Shown here: piece by piece, positions 27,521-48,357 of the stretch
Layout: every line of letters starts with the position of its first letter
Position numbering within the stretch: position 1 is the stretch's first letter
Source of the DNA: Macrostomum hystrix
Taxonomy: Eukaryota > Animalia > Platyhelminthes
Assembly (NCBI GenBank): GCA_950097015.1
Contig: CATNEN010000005.1
Coordinates: 1 to 64,000, forward strand
Reading direction: 5' to 3'
Length of the DNA stretch: 64,000 bases
Made by a program: the position numbers and the translations under genes
The notes under the pieces: model-generated
What the model was told of the DNA's origin: nothing
Seen by the model: only the letters and a program-made list of their open reading frames with translations
The model's database searches: none

Positions 27521-28344
27521 AAATATTTTAATTATTTAGAAATTTCAGTTTGAGGTCAGCTATCAATTCAAAATTGTTTGAACAAGTTAAAAGCTGAAAT
27601 GAAAGTTAAACAATACAAGAAAAATACAACTGAAATTGTTTTATACATCTACTCAATATTTTCAAGTCAAGACAGGCAGAAAGGTTAAAAATAGTAAAAC
27701 AGTCAAATTATTTGGCGCGAATTTAAAATTCCATATCAAACAGTTCAAATGCATTCGCCAATTTAATGACTGTTTGTGTTTAAGTTTAACTTTGGTTAGG
27801 GCAAGATGCGCATAATGCTTTTTGTGTTAAACATTAAATTAGTAAACAATCAACTGGCCCTTTTGTGGAAAAAGAGAGATATTATTATGCACGATTTTTA
27901 GCCTATAATTTTCGCTCCCCCAATTCGAACCCAAAAAATGTTTGAATAATAGCGACAATCTTGCCCTAATCAACAGTCATTTTATAAAAATGACTTTAAG
28001 TAATAATATACTCGTATATATAAAAAACCAGCTTGACTTGAAAATTGGAAATCTTGACAATAATTTTAATAAAGTAATGACGCGAAACAATTTTAAATCA
28101 ATCGCTGTTTTATCTTCGTTCAAAAGTGATGAATTCTAATAACGATTAGCTTATGAGCCGTTTTTAAAGAGAATTTCAATGTGTTTCTCTCTCTTTCTCC
28201 ACTGAAAGGTAGCCAGAGTGGGTGCAAAAATATCACAATCTGCTGCTAAAGTTATTCAGTCCCATTTTTTATATTAAAAATTCAAGATTGCTCTATCTCT
28301 CAAAGAAGTCAGAGATAACGCCGAAGTCATAAACTTATCAATTT

Positions 28345-29190
28345 GAAGAGTGGCGGCATCAATTGGCAAACTTCAAAGGAACCGACGATCAACAACTCAG
28401 TGGCGGCATCAATTTACAAACTTCAAAGGAACCGACGATCAACAACTCAGTGGCGGCAACAATTGGCAAACTTCAAAGGAACCGACGATCAACAACTCAG
28501 TGGCGGCATCAATTGACAAACTTCAAAGGAACCGACGATCAACAACTCAGTGGCGGCAACAATTGACAAACTTCAAAGGAACCGACAATCAACAACTCAG
28601 TGGCGGCATGAATTTACAAACTTCAAAGGAACCGACAATCAACAACTCAGTGGCGGCATGAATTTACTAACTTCAAAGGAACCGACGATCAACAACTCAG
28701 TGGCGGCATGAATTTACTAACTTCAAAGGAACCGACGATCAACAACTCAGTGGCGGCATCAATTTACAAACTTCAAAGGAACCGACGATCAACAACTCAA
28801 TGGCGGCAACAATTGGCAAACTTCAAAGGAACCGACGATCAACAACTCAGTGGCGGCATCAATTTACAAACTTCAAAGGAACCGACGATCAACAACTCAG
28901 TGGCGGCAACAATTGGCAAACTTCAAAGGAACCGACGATCAACAACTCAGTGGCGGCATCAATTTACAAACTTCAAAGGAACCGACGATCAACAACTCAG
29001 TGGCGGCAACAATTGGCAAACTTCAAAGGAACCGACGATCAACAACTCAGTGGCGGCATCAATTGACAAACTTCAAAGGAACCGACGATCAACAACTCAG
29101 TGGCGGCAACAATTGGCAAACTTCAAAGGAACCGACGATCACGTCATAAGCGGCGGCATCAACTCAAAAACTTCAAAGGAACTTAAGCAC
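28345..29190 (+). repeat. 50-bp minisatellite (AACTTCAAAGGAACCGACGATCAACAACTCAGTGGCGGCAWCAATTKRCA) in SERCA intron 8
   Basis: ACCGACGATC occurs at 28381 and 28431; about 16 copies. Confidence 0.95.
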
Positions 29191-29279
29191 GCCAATTTCA
29201 GCATTAAAGCAGATCTGAAATAACAGATAACTTATCTAACAAATTTTATCTCTGGCAAAGCACTCCTGGCAGCTATTTA

Positions 29280-29462
<183 letters not shown>

Positions 29463-29490
29463 TTAATCAACTAGTGATAAAAGTGCTCAC

Positions 29491-29624
29491 CTATTCATGG
29501 CATTGAACATTTCAATTAGCACTAGGACAGACAGAGCCATGGTCATTGGCTTAGGATTGTTGAATATCTTGCAGTCGATGCCCGCAAAGTTCTGCTCTTC
29601 GGCCAAGCACTGCATGTGATGAGT
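29491..29624 (-). CDS. SERCA: SERCA coding exon 8 (THHMQC...[18 protein letters not shown])
   Basis: TTACAG| acceptor in phase 0 and |GTGAGC donor in phase 2. Contains the M8 Ca2+-ligand Glu (IEMFN). Missed by the ORF track. Confidence 0.95.
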
Positions 29625-29676
29625 CTGTAAGATACAATATAGCATGGGTCTGGGCTGACTGCCAACTGCCTATCAG

Positions 29677-30680
29677 ATGGGAAGGGGGTGGGAAGATGGG
29701 AAGGAGATAAGTAGGGGATGGGAAGAAGATGGAAGGAGATGGGAAGGGGATGGGAAGGAAAAAGGAATAGTATGGGAAGGGGATGAGAAGGGGATGGGAA
29801 GCGGATGATAAGGGATGGTAAGGAGTGGGAAGGGGATGGGAAGGGATGGGAAGCGGATGGTAAGGGATGGTAAGGGATGGGAAGGGGATGGGAAGGGGAT
29901 GGGAAGGGGATGGGAAGCGGATGGTAAGGGATGGTAAGGGGTGGAAAGGGGATGGGAAGCGGATGGGAAGGGGATGGGAAGGGATGGGAAGGGGATGGTA
30001 AGGGGTGGGAAGGGGATGGGAAGGGGATGGGAAGGGGATGGGAAAGGATGGGAAGCGGATGGTAAGGGATGGTAAGGGATGGGAAGGGGATGGGAAGGGA
30101 TGGGAAACGGATGGTAAGGGGATGGGAAGGGATGGGAAGGGATGGGAAGGGGATGGTAAGGGGTGGGAAGGGGATGGGAAGCGGATGGGAAGGAATGGTA
30201 AGGGGATGGTAAGGGGTGGGAAGGGGATGGGAAGCGGATGGTAAGGGATGGTAAGGGGTGGAAAGGGGATGGGAAGCGGATGGGAAGGGGATGGGAAGGG
30301 ATGGGAAGGGGATGGGAAGGAATGGTAAGGGGATGGTAAGGGGTGGGAAGGGGATGCGAAGCGGATGGTAAGGGATGGTAAGGGGTGGAAAGGGGATGGG
30401 AAGCGGATGGGAAGGGGATGGTAAGGGATGGGAAGGGGATGGTAAGGGGTGGGAAGGGGATGGGAAGCGGATGGGAAGGGGATGGGAAGGGATGGGAAGG
30501 GGATGGGAAGGGATGGGAAGCGGATGGTAAGGGATGGTAAGGGGTGGGAAGGGGGTGGGAAGGGGGTGGGAAGGGATGGGAAGCGGATGGTAAGGGATGG
30601 TAAGGGGTGGAAAGGCGATGGGAAGGGGATGGGAAGCGGATGGTAAGGGATGGGAAGGGGATGGGAAGGAAATGGGAAGG
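29677..30680 (+). repeat. Purine-rich GGGATGGGAAG / GGTAAG degenerate repeat in SERCA intron 7
   Basis: Dense GGG tracts, almost entirely G/A/T on the + strand. Confidence 0.95.
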
Positions 30681-31282
30681 GCATGGAGTTACTAAACAAA
30701 GCGACCTTCAAAACTATTTTTTTAATGAAAGATATTTCGCAATAGAACAATGACACTCGATAGCAAAGCAAAAATGTAGCATTGTAATCATCAGAAAAAA
30801 ATCTAGAAAAAAGATAGCGAAAACCTTTTCGAAATTTTAAAAAGATTAGCCAACCCACATCAGTATTTCTTAGATAGAAATAAGTGACATATATTGCACC
30901 GATACACCAGGCGTACGCAATGCTTTATCAACCCGCGAACAAATAATCTAGCATCGTTTTATGCAAATTACAAAAAAATTTGATAATTTAAATAAAATAG
31001 AGAAACATGGAATTAATATTCTGCAATGCGTTTATACTTGGTGCTGTTCAATACATGGACGATTTTCAGAATACCAATATAACAAAAAGCAATAAACAGA
31101 ACACCGAAAGCAAACTTATAATAATATTCGATAGATAAATTTATAGTAGGAAATCAAATCGTAGAATTTCACCTGAGACTTTAACACTAAATAAACACAA
31201 AAAAGTTTACGAAAGTAGTGACATAATATCGTATAAACACAACAAAACAAATCAGCTGTAAAATTAACTACGGCGCCATCGA

Positions 31283-33492
<2,210 letters not shown>

Positions 33493-33495
33493 TTA

Positions 33496-33984
<489 letters not shown>

Positions 33985-34139
33985 CTAAAATAGTAGCCCT
34001 TGGTCCAAACGGTATAAGGATATTTTGGATCTTAAAAGGTATTATGGTTGGGATATTATTGTTCGGATTTTAGGATAATTTAAGGACTTTTTGACTAGGT
34101 TTTAGGTAACATTTGGATATATTTTAATAGTAGTTGAGA

Positions 34140-35712
<1,573 letters not shown>

Positions 35713-36781
35713 CTAATAAACTGCAAAGGACTGACAAATAGTGAGTAAAGGAATTTTTATCTACCCGATATGTAGCGAAAAACTTTTAAGTGATTTAAAA
35801 ACAGCATTTAAAAAATTTGCGATCACGTTGTCCACCCGATATGTTGCGAAAGTACCAATTTTTAGTAACTATAGAAAAAGTTGCCAAGTTCAATAGACAA
35901 GAAATGTTACGAATGTTGCCGATATGTTGCGAAAAAAATTGTCTAGTATAAATATAAATAGCAGAATCATAAAATTGGTCGTGTTTCCATAAACCTACAG
36001 ACTTTAATTGGTAATAGTTCAAATGAAAGAGGCTTTGATGGTGCAGTGTTGCATAGCTGAATAGTTAAATTTGAATGCCACACTGAATGAGAGAGAGAGC
36101 AAAGACCCAGTGTAAAATGTCAAATCTTCGAATGTTCCGAATAGCAGTAGCCAAGCAACAATTGCAGAGTAGCAGGAAATCTTTCCGGGGCTATCCGCCT
36201 CTATGCGGTTAGAAAAATGACATTCCTTTACTTGAAAAGGTCAAAGTGCTAACTTCGACGTGCATTAAAGAGCACTAATATAAATATATATATATATATA
36301 ATCTTGTAAAAGCACTTTAAAGCATATTTCATGGATGCACAAATCTTTGATCACGCAGAACAGGCGTGATTTACAGTTTTTTCCGTTAGAGGACAGAGAA
36401 GGAGAGAGGAAATTTTAAGCGCATCAGCATTACCTACCATGCGAACATTTTTTTCGCCTACATAAGAATCAGGTCATATTCAGCCAGTCCAGCTTGCCAA
36501 GGATATAGAATAGGAAAAATCCGGCTGTCTTCTTCTAAAAGATTAGAACAGAAAAAAAGAAACAAATTTCTCCCTCCGCAGTTTCATTTTTTAGGTGGGT
36601 ACGAAGGAGAAAGTTTTCGGCAAGAAAATATGTCAGAAAAAGCTGGACCCGAAAAGAACTGCTAGACATAGAGAATCTAGCCTTTGAAATGGCTGCTTCA
36701 GGTGCTACTGTCTGTCTGCCTGTCTGTCTTCGTCTAGGTCGCAAGGAATTTCTCGGGTTCTTGTTCCAGGTTCCCACGAGA

Positions 36782-36810
<29 letters not shown>
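36782..36810 (+). repeat. (AC)n microsatellite
   Basis: About 14 AC units. Confidence 0.9.
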
Positions 36811-36812
<2 letters not shown>

Positions 36813-37380
36813 TTAGATATGCTTCCCTTTTTAGGTAACCTTTCTGCTTGAAAAATTGTTTCTTTTTTTAAACTAGGCTTTTCGATCCATTAACTACCAA
36901 AGCAGTTACAGCTGTGCCTTATTTCTATAAGATATAATACATTCTCATAGCTTCATCTCTATGAGATTATCCTATCTCACTATCTCTACCTAAATGTCAA
37001 TCTATTCTTATCATTTTTATTTTTTAATTCAGATTTTTTTATAGTCCGGGGCTCATTAAATTTACTTTTTTTCGTAGTTATATAGATCGTACATATGTGT
37101 GTATATAATAGAATAATATTTTCAATAATATAGGGCCTCTATGCATATTGTAGCTTGGCCTTGCTAAAATATTAATCACCATACTTAATATTGCTTTCTC
37201 AGTACCTTGACTTACCTTAGTAACGTTAGTTCCCCGAACACTCCATATCATAACCTTAACAAATATCAGTGTACGAGCGAAGAAGGTAAAACACTAATAA
37301 TTATTAGCAAATGCAGATATGAGATTACTGCTCACAAAAGGGGCGGTTTTATAATCCGTTTGCGATTAAATTAGTTGAAA

Positions 37381-38680
37381 TCTGAGATAAGGATTCACTG
37401 AGGGGTGAGATTAGATGAAAGCTGAGATTAAGACTCACTGAGGGGTGAGATTAGATGAAACCCGAGATTAAGATTCACTGAGAGGTGAGATTAGATGAAA
37501 TCTGAGATAAGGATTCACCGAGGGGTGAGATTAGATGAAATCTGAGATTAAGACTCACTGAGGGGTGAGATTAGATGAAAGCTGAGATTAAGACTCACTG
37601 AGGGGTGAGATTAGATGAAAGCTGAGATTAAGACTCACTGAGGGGTGAGATTAGATGAAATCTGAGATTAAGATTCACCGAGGGGTGAGATTAGATGAAA
37701 TTTGAGATTAAGACTCACTGAGGGGTGAGATTAGATAAAACCCGAGATTAAGATTCACTGAGAGGTGAGACTAGATGAAATCTGAGATAAGGATTCACCG
37801 AGGGGTGAGATTAGATGAAATCTGAGATTAAGACTCACTGAGGGGTGAGATTAGATGAAATCTGAGATAAGGATTCACCGAGGGGTGAGATTAGATGAAA
37901 TCTGAGATTAAGACTCACTGAGGGGTGAGATTTGATAAAATCTGAGATAAGGATTTACCGAGGGGTGAGATTAGATGAAATTTGAGATTAAGACTCACTG
38001 AGGGGTGAGATTAGATAAAACCCGAGATTAAGATTCACTGAGAGGTGAGACTAGATGAAATCTGAGATAAGGATTCACCGAGGGGTGAGATTAGATGAAA
38101 TCTGAGATAAGGATTCACCGAGGGGTGAGATTAGATGAAATCTGAGATTAAGATTCACTGAGGGGTGAGATTTGATAAAATCTGAGATTAAGACTCACTG
38201 AGGGGTGAGATTAGATGAGATCTGAGATTAAGACTCACTGAGGGGTGAGATTAGATGAGATCTGAAATTAAGACTCACTGAGGGGCGAGATTAGATAAAA
38301 TCTGAGACTAAGATTCACTGAGGGGTGAGATTTGATAAAATCTGAGATTAAGATTCACTGAGGGGTGAGATTAGATGAAATCTGAGATTAAGATTCAGTG
38401 AGAGGTGAGATTAGATAAAATCTGAGATTAAGATTCACTGAGGGGTGAGATTAGATGAAATCTGAGATTAAGACTCACTGAGGGGTGAGATTAGATGAAA
38501 CCCGAGATTAAGATTCACTGAGAGGTGAGATTAGATACAATCTGAGATTAAGAATCACCGAGGGGTGAGATTAGATGAAATCTGAGATTAAGATTCAGTG
38601 AGAGGTGAGATTAAAGATGAAATCTGAGATTAAGACTCACTGAGGGGTGAGATTAGATAAAAGCTGAGAATAGGACTGAC
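37381..38680 (+). repeat. 40-bp minisatellite (TCTGAGATTAAGAYTCACTGAGGGGTGAGATTAGATGAAA) in SERCA intron 4
   Basis: 40-bp period; about 32 copies. Confidence 0.95.
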
Positions 38681-38858
38681 GAAATTAGATTGTATTTAAA
38701 GCTAATTACAGTGTTAAAAGTTATTTCTTAAGAATTTCATAATTTCTTAAGTTTTTTATAGTCTTTTGGCTAAATTAGAAGACGCGTAAATCTTACAACC
38801 GAATAGATGACGAGGCACTTATTTATACTTTTTAGGGCATAGTTACTCCCGCCGTTTA

Positions 38859-39614
<756 letters not shown>

Positions 39615-39676
39615 TTACGGACTTAAAGCTAGAAAATATTTACCTACTATTATTTTTGGTGCAAATTGGTTGGGTA

Positions 39677-40196
39677 AGGACAGGTGTACATTGTTACTGG
39701 TGTACATTGGGACAGGTGTACATTGGGACAGGTGTACATTGGGACAGGTGTACATTGGGACAGGTGTACATTGGGACAGGTGTACATTGGGACAGGTGTA
39801 CATTGGGACAGGTGTACATTGGGACAGGTGTACATTGGGACAGGTGTACATTGGGACAGGTGTACATTGGGACAGGTGTACATTGGGACAGGTGTACATT
39901 GGGACAGGTGTACATTGGGACAGGTGTACATTGGGACAGGTGTACATTGGGACAGGTGTACATTGGGACAGGTGTACATTGGGACAGGTGTACATTGGGA
40001 CAGGTGTACATTGGGACAGGTGTACATTGGGACAGGTGTACATTGGGACAGGTGTACATTGGGACAGGTGTACATTGGGACAGGTGTACATTGGGACAGG
40101 TGTACATTGGGACAGGTGTACATTGGGACAGGTGTACATTGGGACAGGTGTACATTGGGACAGGTGTACATTGGGACAGGTGTACATTGGGACAGG
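39677..40196 (+). repeat. 16-bp minisatellite (GGGACAGGTGTACATT), essentially perfect, in SERCA intron 3
   Basis: About 32 almost identical copies. Confidence 0.97.
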
Positions 40197-40370
40197 GGTA
40201 AGTTTAGATATTTGTACATTTAGATAGGTGTACAGTTAAGCAGGTGTTCATAAGTACACGTTTGAACATTTGGACAGGTTAACGTTAAGACAGGTGTACA
40301 CTGGGTACATTGGTAGGTTAAGAACGTGTGCACATTTTTTTAACATAAGTCTTTAGCACGAGTACTTTTA

Positions 40371-42101
<1,731 letters not shown>

Positions 42102-42109
42102 CTAAACTA

Positions 42110-42250
<141 letters not shown>

Positions 42251-42297
42251 TTATTTAAAGAAATTATTTAAAAAACTGGTTTTTTTTGCGGGCGCAT

Positions 42298-42530
42298 GAA
42301 GGCTGCGTACAGCTGTTCAGTCCATGGACTGGGGGACGCCACATACACCCTCAATTACCCCACCTGATACTGGTACTCATTTAACAGCTGGGTGAACTGA
42401 CGCAATGAAAACTTTAGTGTCTTGCTAAAGTACTCAGATTGCTCCATTGGAGTCGAGAATCGAACCCCCGACCATCCCGACGGAAGGGAATCGAAATTCG
42501 TCAGCCCGACGCTCTATCAGCAAGGCTACA
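42298..42530 (-). mobile_element. tRNA-derived SINE (family B) in SERCA intron 1
   Basis: B-box GTTCGATTC on the - strand (42457-42465). The GGTACTCATTT..CAGCTGGGTGAACTG...GTGTCTTGC segment is typical of invertebrate SINE bodies. Its end motif recurs at 19851 and 61552. Confidence 0.6.
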
Positions 42531-42606
42531 ACAGGTTCTTGACTGAAAGCAAAAGCAATAGAAGATAAATAAAGATTAATTAGAAAGAAGAATGCTGAAA
42601 ACTTAC

Positions 42607-42724
42607 CATTTTTGCCATATTTTTCCATGCTTCTTTTAACCTGATCGTCGGTTAGACCAACCTCCTCCGACACATTGAAGTACTCCAGGCACTGGTCAAT
42701 TGTCTTGCTGAACGAATTGTCCAT
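42607..42724 (-). CDS. SERCA: SERCA coding exon 1 ([39 protein letters not shown])
   Basis: ATG at 42724 and G|GTAAGT donor in phase 1. The summed exons (3018 nt in the read-through form) give an uninterrupted 1005-aa SERCA. Confidence 0.95.
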
Positions 42725-43552
42725 TGTTATCTATTTGTCTCTGTTTTTCTCTAACAAAAAACTGCTTTTGGTCAATCAGGGGACAGGTTTGAGCTTGCCC
42801 CGGCCTGCAAAGCAACAACAAAAAAGCTTGAATGTAATCTTCAGTCTGTAAACTTGAATGTTCTACTAAATTATCTTTAGCTATCTAGCGCGAGTCAGTC
42901 ACGAAACTCGAGGCCATTTTATAATAAAAGAAACTACTTTAACAGATCCCAACTGTTCTTCCCCCCATAACAACCCCAACCTCCTATCGGTGGCACATTC
43001 AACTGCCATTGGTTGGCGACACAAAAGGGCTTACAGAGTCGATCGATTCAGGTACGAGTTTAGAATATTTTTGTGGGAGAGAGGGAGAGAAAAGGCAGCA
43101 GAAGGGAACGAGGGGGGGGGAGGAGAAAAGAGGTGGAATGGAAATTTCCGGCAAAGAAGTCCTTAGGAACACAAGATAGAAGTCCGAGTGGATATTGGGA
43201 CATTGGGGCGACGGTGGAGGGAGGTTGGGTCGAGTCACGAAAGGTCAATGGAAAGAGAGACACGGATTTTTCCCCGGCAGCATCTGAAACGAGTGGGTCA
43301 GAAAGATGCCACTACTTAGAAATACACGTTCCTGCACCGACTAAATTCATAACGAAATTCATTAGGTACTTAGCTTGTTGATAGCACAGCAATAATCCAT
43401 TACTGCCTATAAAAAGCTAAAAAATACATGGCCTATTTATATCGTTTCTAAAAACATCCTCGAACAATGCGAAACAAAGCAAAATGAGAAGTTTCTGTAG
43501 ACTACATTTGTGCTTTAGATAGCGATAAACCCTTGATAACCTTTGATACTTT

Positions 43553-43920
43553 CAGGAACTGGGTGTCAGATGACCTCTGATTCTCTCAGGAACTGGGTGT
43601 CAGATGACCTCTGATTCTCTCAGGAACTGGGTGTCAGATGACCTCTGATTCTCTCAGGAACTGGGTGTCAGATGACCTCTGATTCTCTCAGAAACTGGGT
43701 GTCAGATGACCTCTGATTCTCTCAGGAACTGGGTGTCATATGACCTCAGATTCTCTCAGGAACTGGGTGTCAGATGACCTCTGATTCTCTCAGGAACTGG
43801 GTGTCAGATGACCTCTGATTCTCTCAGAAACTGGGTGTCAGATGACCTCTGATTCTCTCAGAAACTGGGTGTCAGGTGACCTCTGACTCTCAGAGACTGG
43901 GTGTCAGGTGACCTCTGATA
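43553..43920 (+). repeat. 34-bp minisatellite (TCAGGAACTGGGTGTCAGATGACCTCTGATTCTC) upstream of SERCA
   Basis: GGGTGT occurs at 43561 and 43595; about 11 copies. Confidence 0.95.
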
Positions 43921-46900
43921 CCTTTGGGATCGATATACGCATCATTCTGAAACTCTAAGCAAGATCATCCGAGTACTAGGTTATTCGAGGTTCGCATTAG
44001 TCTACTGCTAGTAGAGTGTTAAGCAAACAGAAAATCAAAGCCAAAACTCTTTTATTTTCTCAGCATATAAAATGCAAAAAACTAAATTTGGATGTGTGGA
44101 CTTAATGTACGGCTTAAACAAATTTTATTTTATTTTAAAACAGACAAACAAGAAAACAAACAACAAAACGAAAAATGAGAAGTAAAGGAAACAAGCCAGC
44201 TAGACCAAGGTGAGACGACTCACATCTCATTAGAAACATATGTCGCCGTATTGTTGTTTTAATTAAAAAACTGCATAAACAGACGACAAGCGAGCAGACG
44301 ACTTTTGTTGCAAATGGATCACAAAGCACAGAACTGATGCATTTTCGCTGAATAAATGATGAATAAATGGGTTACTTTTATTGAGACATGGTTGGAGCTG
44401 AAGAACCGAATATATTTAACTGATGAAAAAAAAAAGAGAAGACAAATGATTCTAATTATTCGTATTTTTTTTCAGATTCGTTCCTTCGCAAAATAGCTGT
44501 CATCTTTATTTAGATGTTGAATGAATGAATTTAACGAAATGAATGAATGAATTTCCCAACACATGTTTTGGTCCTTTCGATTTTTAGGGAAATCAAAAAT
44601 ACAACAATAAAACGGTGAGCTTATAATATATAATAGTAAGTAAAAATATATTGCCGCGTTGATAACAAGTTAAACTAATAAAAAAACTACTTATCGGACG
44701 CTTTTACCAACAATACTACTTAATAACCAATCAACAAATCACTCAGTAGCTTAAATTCATCTTTATAAAAGGCAGCAGAAAAAAAACACTTTCCCCCATT
44801 TTTTTCATTTCCCGTACGATAAGGCCAATCCGACACACTGGATATGTTCTGATTTGCCATATCGCAAAAACTGTAGCAAGCAATGGCCGAGCATAGTAGG
44901 AAGAAACAAAAATAGTTTAACAAAAAACATTAGTTGCGCTCAGCTTTTTTACACAAGAAAGAACGTTGGGCGGTGAGACTTCGCCTTTGCCCCCGCGGTG
45001 GCAAGTGCATGGGTGCGTTGCATTCGTTTCAAAGCCATTAAGTTGACTATCTGATTGCTTCTTAATAGAAGACTACAAACGGCCAATAGGCAAATCGGAG
45101 AATGCAAACGGAACAGAGAAACAAATGAGATCAGGACAGAATATTTTTGATAAGCTAATACGTTTTTATAAAACAGCAGCATAAAGGGACAGACGGACAT
45201 ATCAATGAGCTTGGCTCGCAATGCATAGAAAATATAACATAATAAATACGATGACAGTAATTAGCTATGAACTATGGCCTATTTAGTTAATAGCTACGCA
45301 ACAGTCAAAACGCTGACATTGTACACACGCATAACAATTTTATTTGATGACTCTTTTTGAATCCAGCCTTAAAATTAATTAACTTTCATCAACTTAATCG
45401 TTTTGTGAAATTTGCTCTACTTTAAGTAGTCCGTTAAGATAACATTGTGGCTCAATAAAAGCCTTTTTAAATGATTAAGGGTAAGACTAAAATTTAACTT
45501 AAATGTATTCGAATCTAAAATTATCACCAGCTAAACCTAAGTAGAACGAGTTTATAAGTTAAATATTGATGTCATTAAAAGCTGGACTTTTCAATCGTTG
45601 AAGATTTCGAAAATTGGTATAATTATCTTTTTTACTTCCCAATTGCACACTGCACAAACAGATAAAATAACAGAAGAGAAAATTGCACAGCTGCAGGAAA
45701 CCAAGACATTTGTGAACAAACTGCTAGTAGAATTTGAATGAAATAAGCAATAAAAATTAGACAAACTTGACACATGAGACTCAACAGAAGCAAGCAATAA
45801 TGCAGAGATTTGCATTCACTATTCTCATATAAAGCATTTGATGGAGATTACCTTTTTGGTGATAAAAAGCCGACACAAATATTTTTAGTGTACAAACCAA
45901 AATCATGACATGTCTAAACATGTTTGGTGTACATTTTTAACTAATTAAAGAAAAATCATGTTTATCTCGACTTCCACTTCCTGTCTTGAACAAGAATTGT
46001 TAAAATGAACTAACAGAAGACAGTCATTTCTTTAACTGTTGAATTAAATCTAGGTAATATTTAAAGGTCCAGAATTGAGGCTAATTTCAAAAATTAACAA
46101 CAAAGTTAAAATAAATGAGTGGAAATTTTAGGAATGATAACTACCAAATAGGGTGTGATTTAATAATTCACATATGTTAAAAACCTAAAATGTGTGCAAC
46201 AGTTTACCTAGGAGAAATGTTCTTTAGCTAGGAATCCTAGGATACAACAAGAATGCAACACAACCATTCACTGTTGCATGACACAGCTAGCCAAATTAAG
46301 GGCCACAAATACATAACAAGAGTACACAATACAATACAAGCACTTGCTTACTAAATAATTAATTTAGTCAATGTTTACAGCTTAAGGGGCCAAGAATGGC
46401 ACTTGATTTGGCCTGGCACATGATGAGCAGCTTTTTTACAGCTCACAATGCTGTTTAACCCATTTAGACAACCTGCTTTACCAGTGCTAGTTTATCTGCA
46501 AATGAAAAAGGTGCCAGCCAATAAAATAAGCAAAGAAATGTTTTCATACTCTGAAAAGCTCAAACTAAAGATGAATAAATATTGAAAAAAATTGCCTAAT
46601 CAAAAACTGTATCAATGCAATCCCCCCTTTGTAATTTAATATATATATTATGAAAGGTATACTTGAATATATTATATGTTGAAGTCATTATTTATTTTTA
46701 CTGAATTAAAATTAAACTTGTTCTGTAAAATTAAAACATATCAGTTAAATGACAGTGTGGCAATGGTGAATGATAGGATTTAAGTTGCAGGTTATATCAT
46801 ATAGTCAGACTTGTATTAGACAAAAGCAAATAAATAAGATATACAAAAAAACTAGTCATAATATGATATATTTTCATGGTATATACTTTACTTATCCACA

Positions 46901-47670
46901 TACTTTCTTAATATAAAAACTTCCTGTATTAACAGTTTCTATCATAAATTCAATATTTTACCATGGGCATAGAAATATTATTATATATTATGAGTACTTC
47001 ATAAAGTACTAGATGTAAACTGAATAAGGAATACAGCACTTTAATATGAGTTTAAGTTAATACAGTATATTTTGAGCTTGAAATCAGATTTCATGTTATT
47101 ATATACTATCTATAAAGGAATAATATCTCAAAACTAAGGGCTATTAGCTTGAGGCAGAATGAATAAACATTAACTCTGAGAGACATATGGCTAAATTATT
47201 TCAATATATATTACAAATAGAAAATACACTTTCTGGCTCTTTCTCCGGCTCTCTAACGCAACACCTATCCAATGTACAGCACACCCACCCCAATAGGCAC
47301 ACAGAGATCGTGAGTACTAATTGTACACTGCCAATAGCAATAGGTTGGTCTGCAGGCACCTTAAATTCTTACACTGTCTATAAATTATTTCCTATATTTT
47401 GTTTGAGGACTTAAAACAATACAAAAAGTACTTATGTTGTTTACATAAAGCTACATGCTGAAAATACAGAGCATAGTAAAAAAACAAAAGCATTGTTAGG
47501 CTTATGTCAATACACATTGAAATTAAACTTTATTTTATAATAGGTTACTGATATATTTATTTAGGTTTGTTGTTCATTAAAAACACAACAAAAGCAAGAA
47601 AGAAATAAATATATTAAAATATAAAATAATATTTAAATTTGTACTAATGTACTATAATAAGATATTATAA

Positions 47671-47840
47671 TCTTCTTATATACTAAAAATGAAAATCTTG
47701 TATGTAGGCACTTGACTAGCTCACAAATGGCTCAACCGATTTTCACAATTCTTTAACCAAAAGATCATAATTCACAAATGGTCCAAAATTGGTACAAATA
47801 CTTTTATTAAGATTAATTACATTGCGAAAGGGATTAAATA
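47671..47840 (+). mobile_element. 5'-end fragment of a related Helitron-like element
   Basis: A|TCTTCTTATATACTAAAAATGAAA...ATGGCTCAACCGATTTTCACAATTCTTTAACCAAAAGAT...TTTTATTAAG...GGGATTAAATA aligns to 3849-4010. Confidence 0.7.
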
Positions 47841-48357
47841 ATACAAAACTATTTTAAATAGGCTTTTCTAATGTATTCTTGTTTTCAGCTTGTGCACAGT
47901 GAAGCTCCAGTGCCAATTTTAATGATTGCATCAGAGCCAGTTTTGATAACACACTGATAAGAACTCAAGGGAGTCTACCCAGATGGTAACAAAAGCTGGC
48001 TAGTATGGTACTCAAAAGCTTTCTTTATTTAGTATACTGTATACTTAGTATACTAATATACTTAGTATATTATAGTCAATTAGTATACAGTATACTTATA
48101 AGTCTACTTATCAACACACAGCAATTCTTATTTGCCAAAATCAAAATTAATATTTTCTTTCACAGAGCTTAAAAATTAAAGCCTTCAAATTCATAAGCTT
48201 GTTCTTGAATTAAAGAAAGGCAGGAGGTCTTGTTTTACAAGACAAAAATAGAATGTTGCATTTTTGTTTTGATTTTTTTTTCATTTTGAAATAGTACCAA
48301 CTTTAATAGTGGAATTTTAATTTGTGTTTATACATCAAGCCACATCACTTTAGAATG

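Noticed and set aside
29551-30858. 435-aa Pro/Ser/His-rich ORF, and the 361-aa YYFGDILNGILG ORF at 34154-35239
   Set aside because: These are translations of intronic tandem repeats within SERCA.
42725-42806. Possible 5' UTR acceptor (TTGCTTTGCAG| at 42805-42806) implying an upstream non-coding SERCA exon
   Set aside because: Plausible, but it cannot be supported without transcript data; not listed as a feature.
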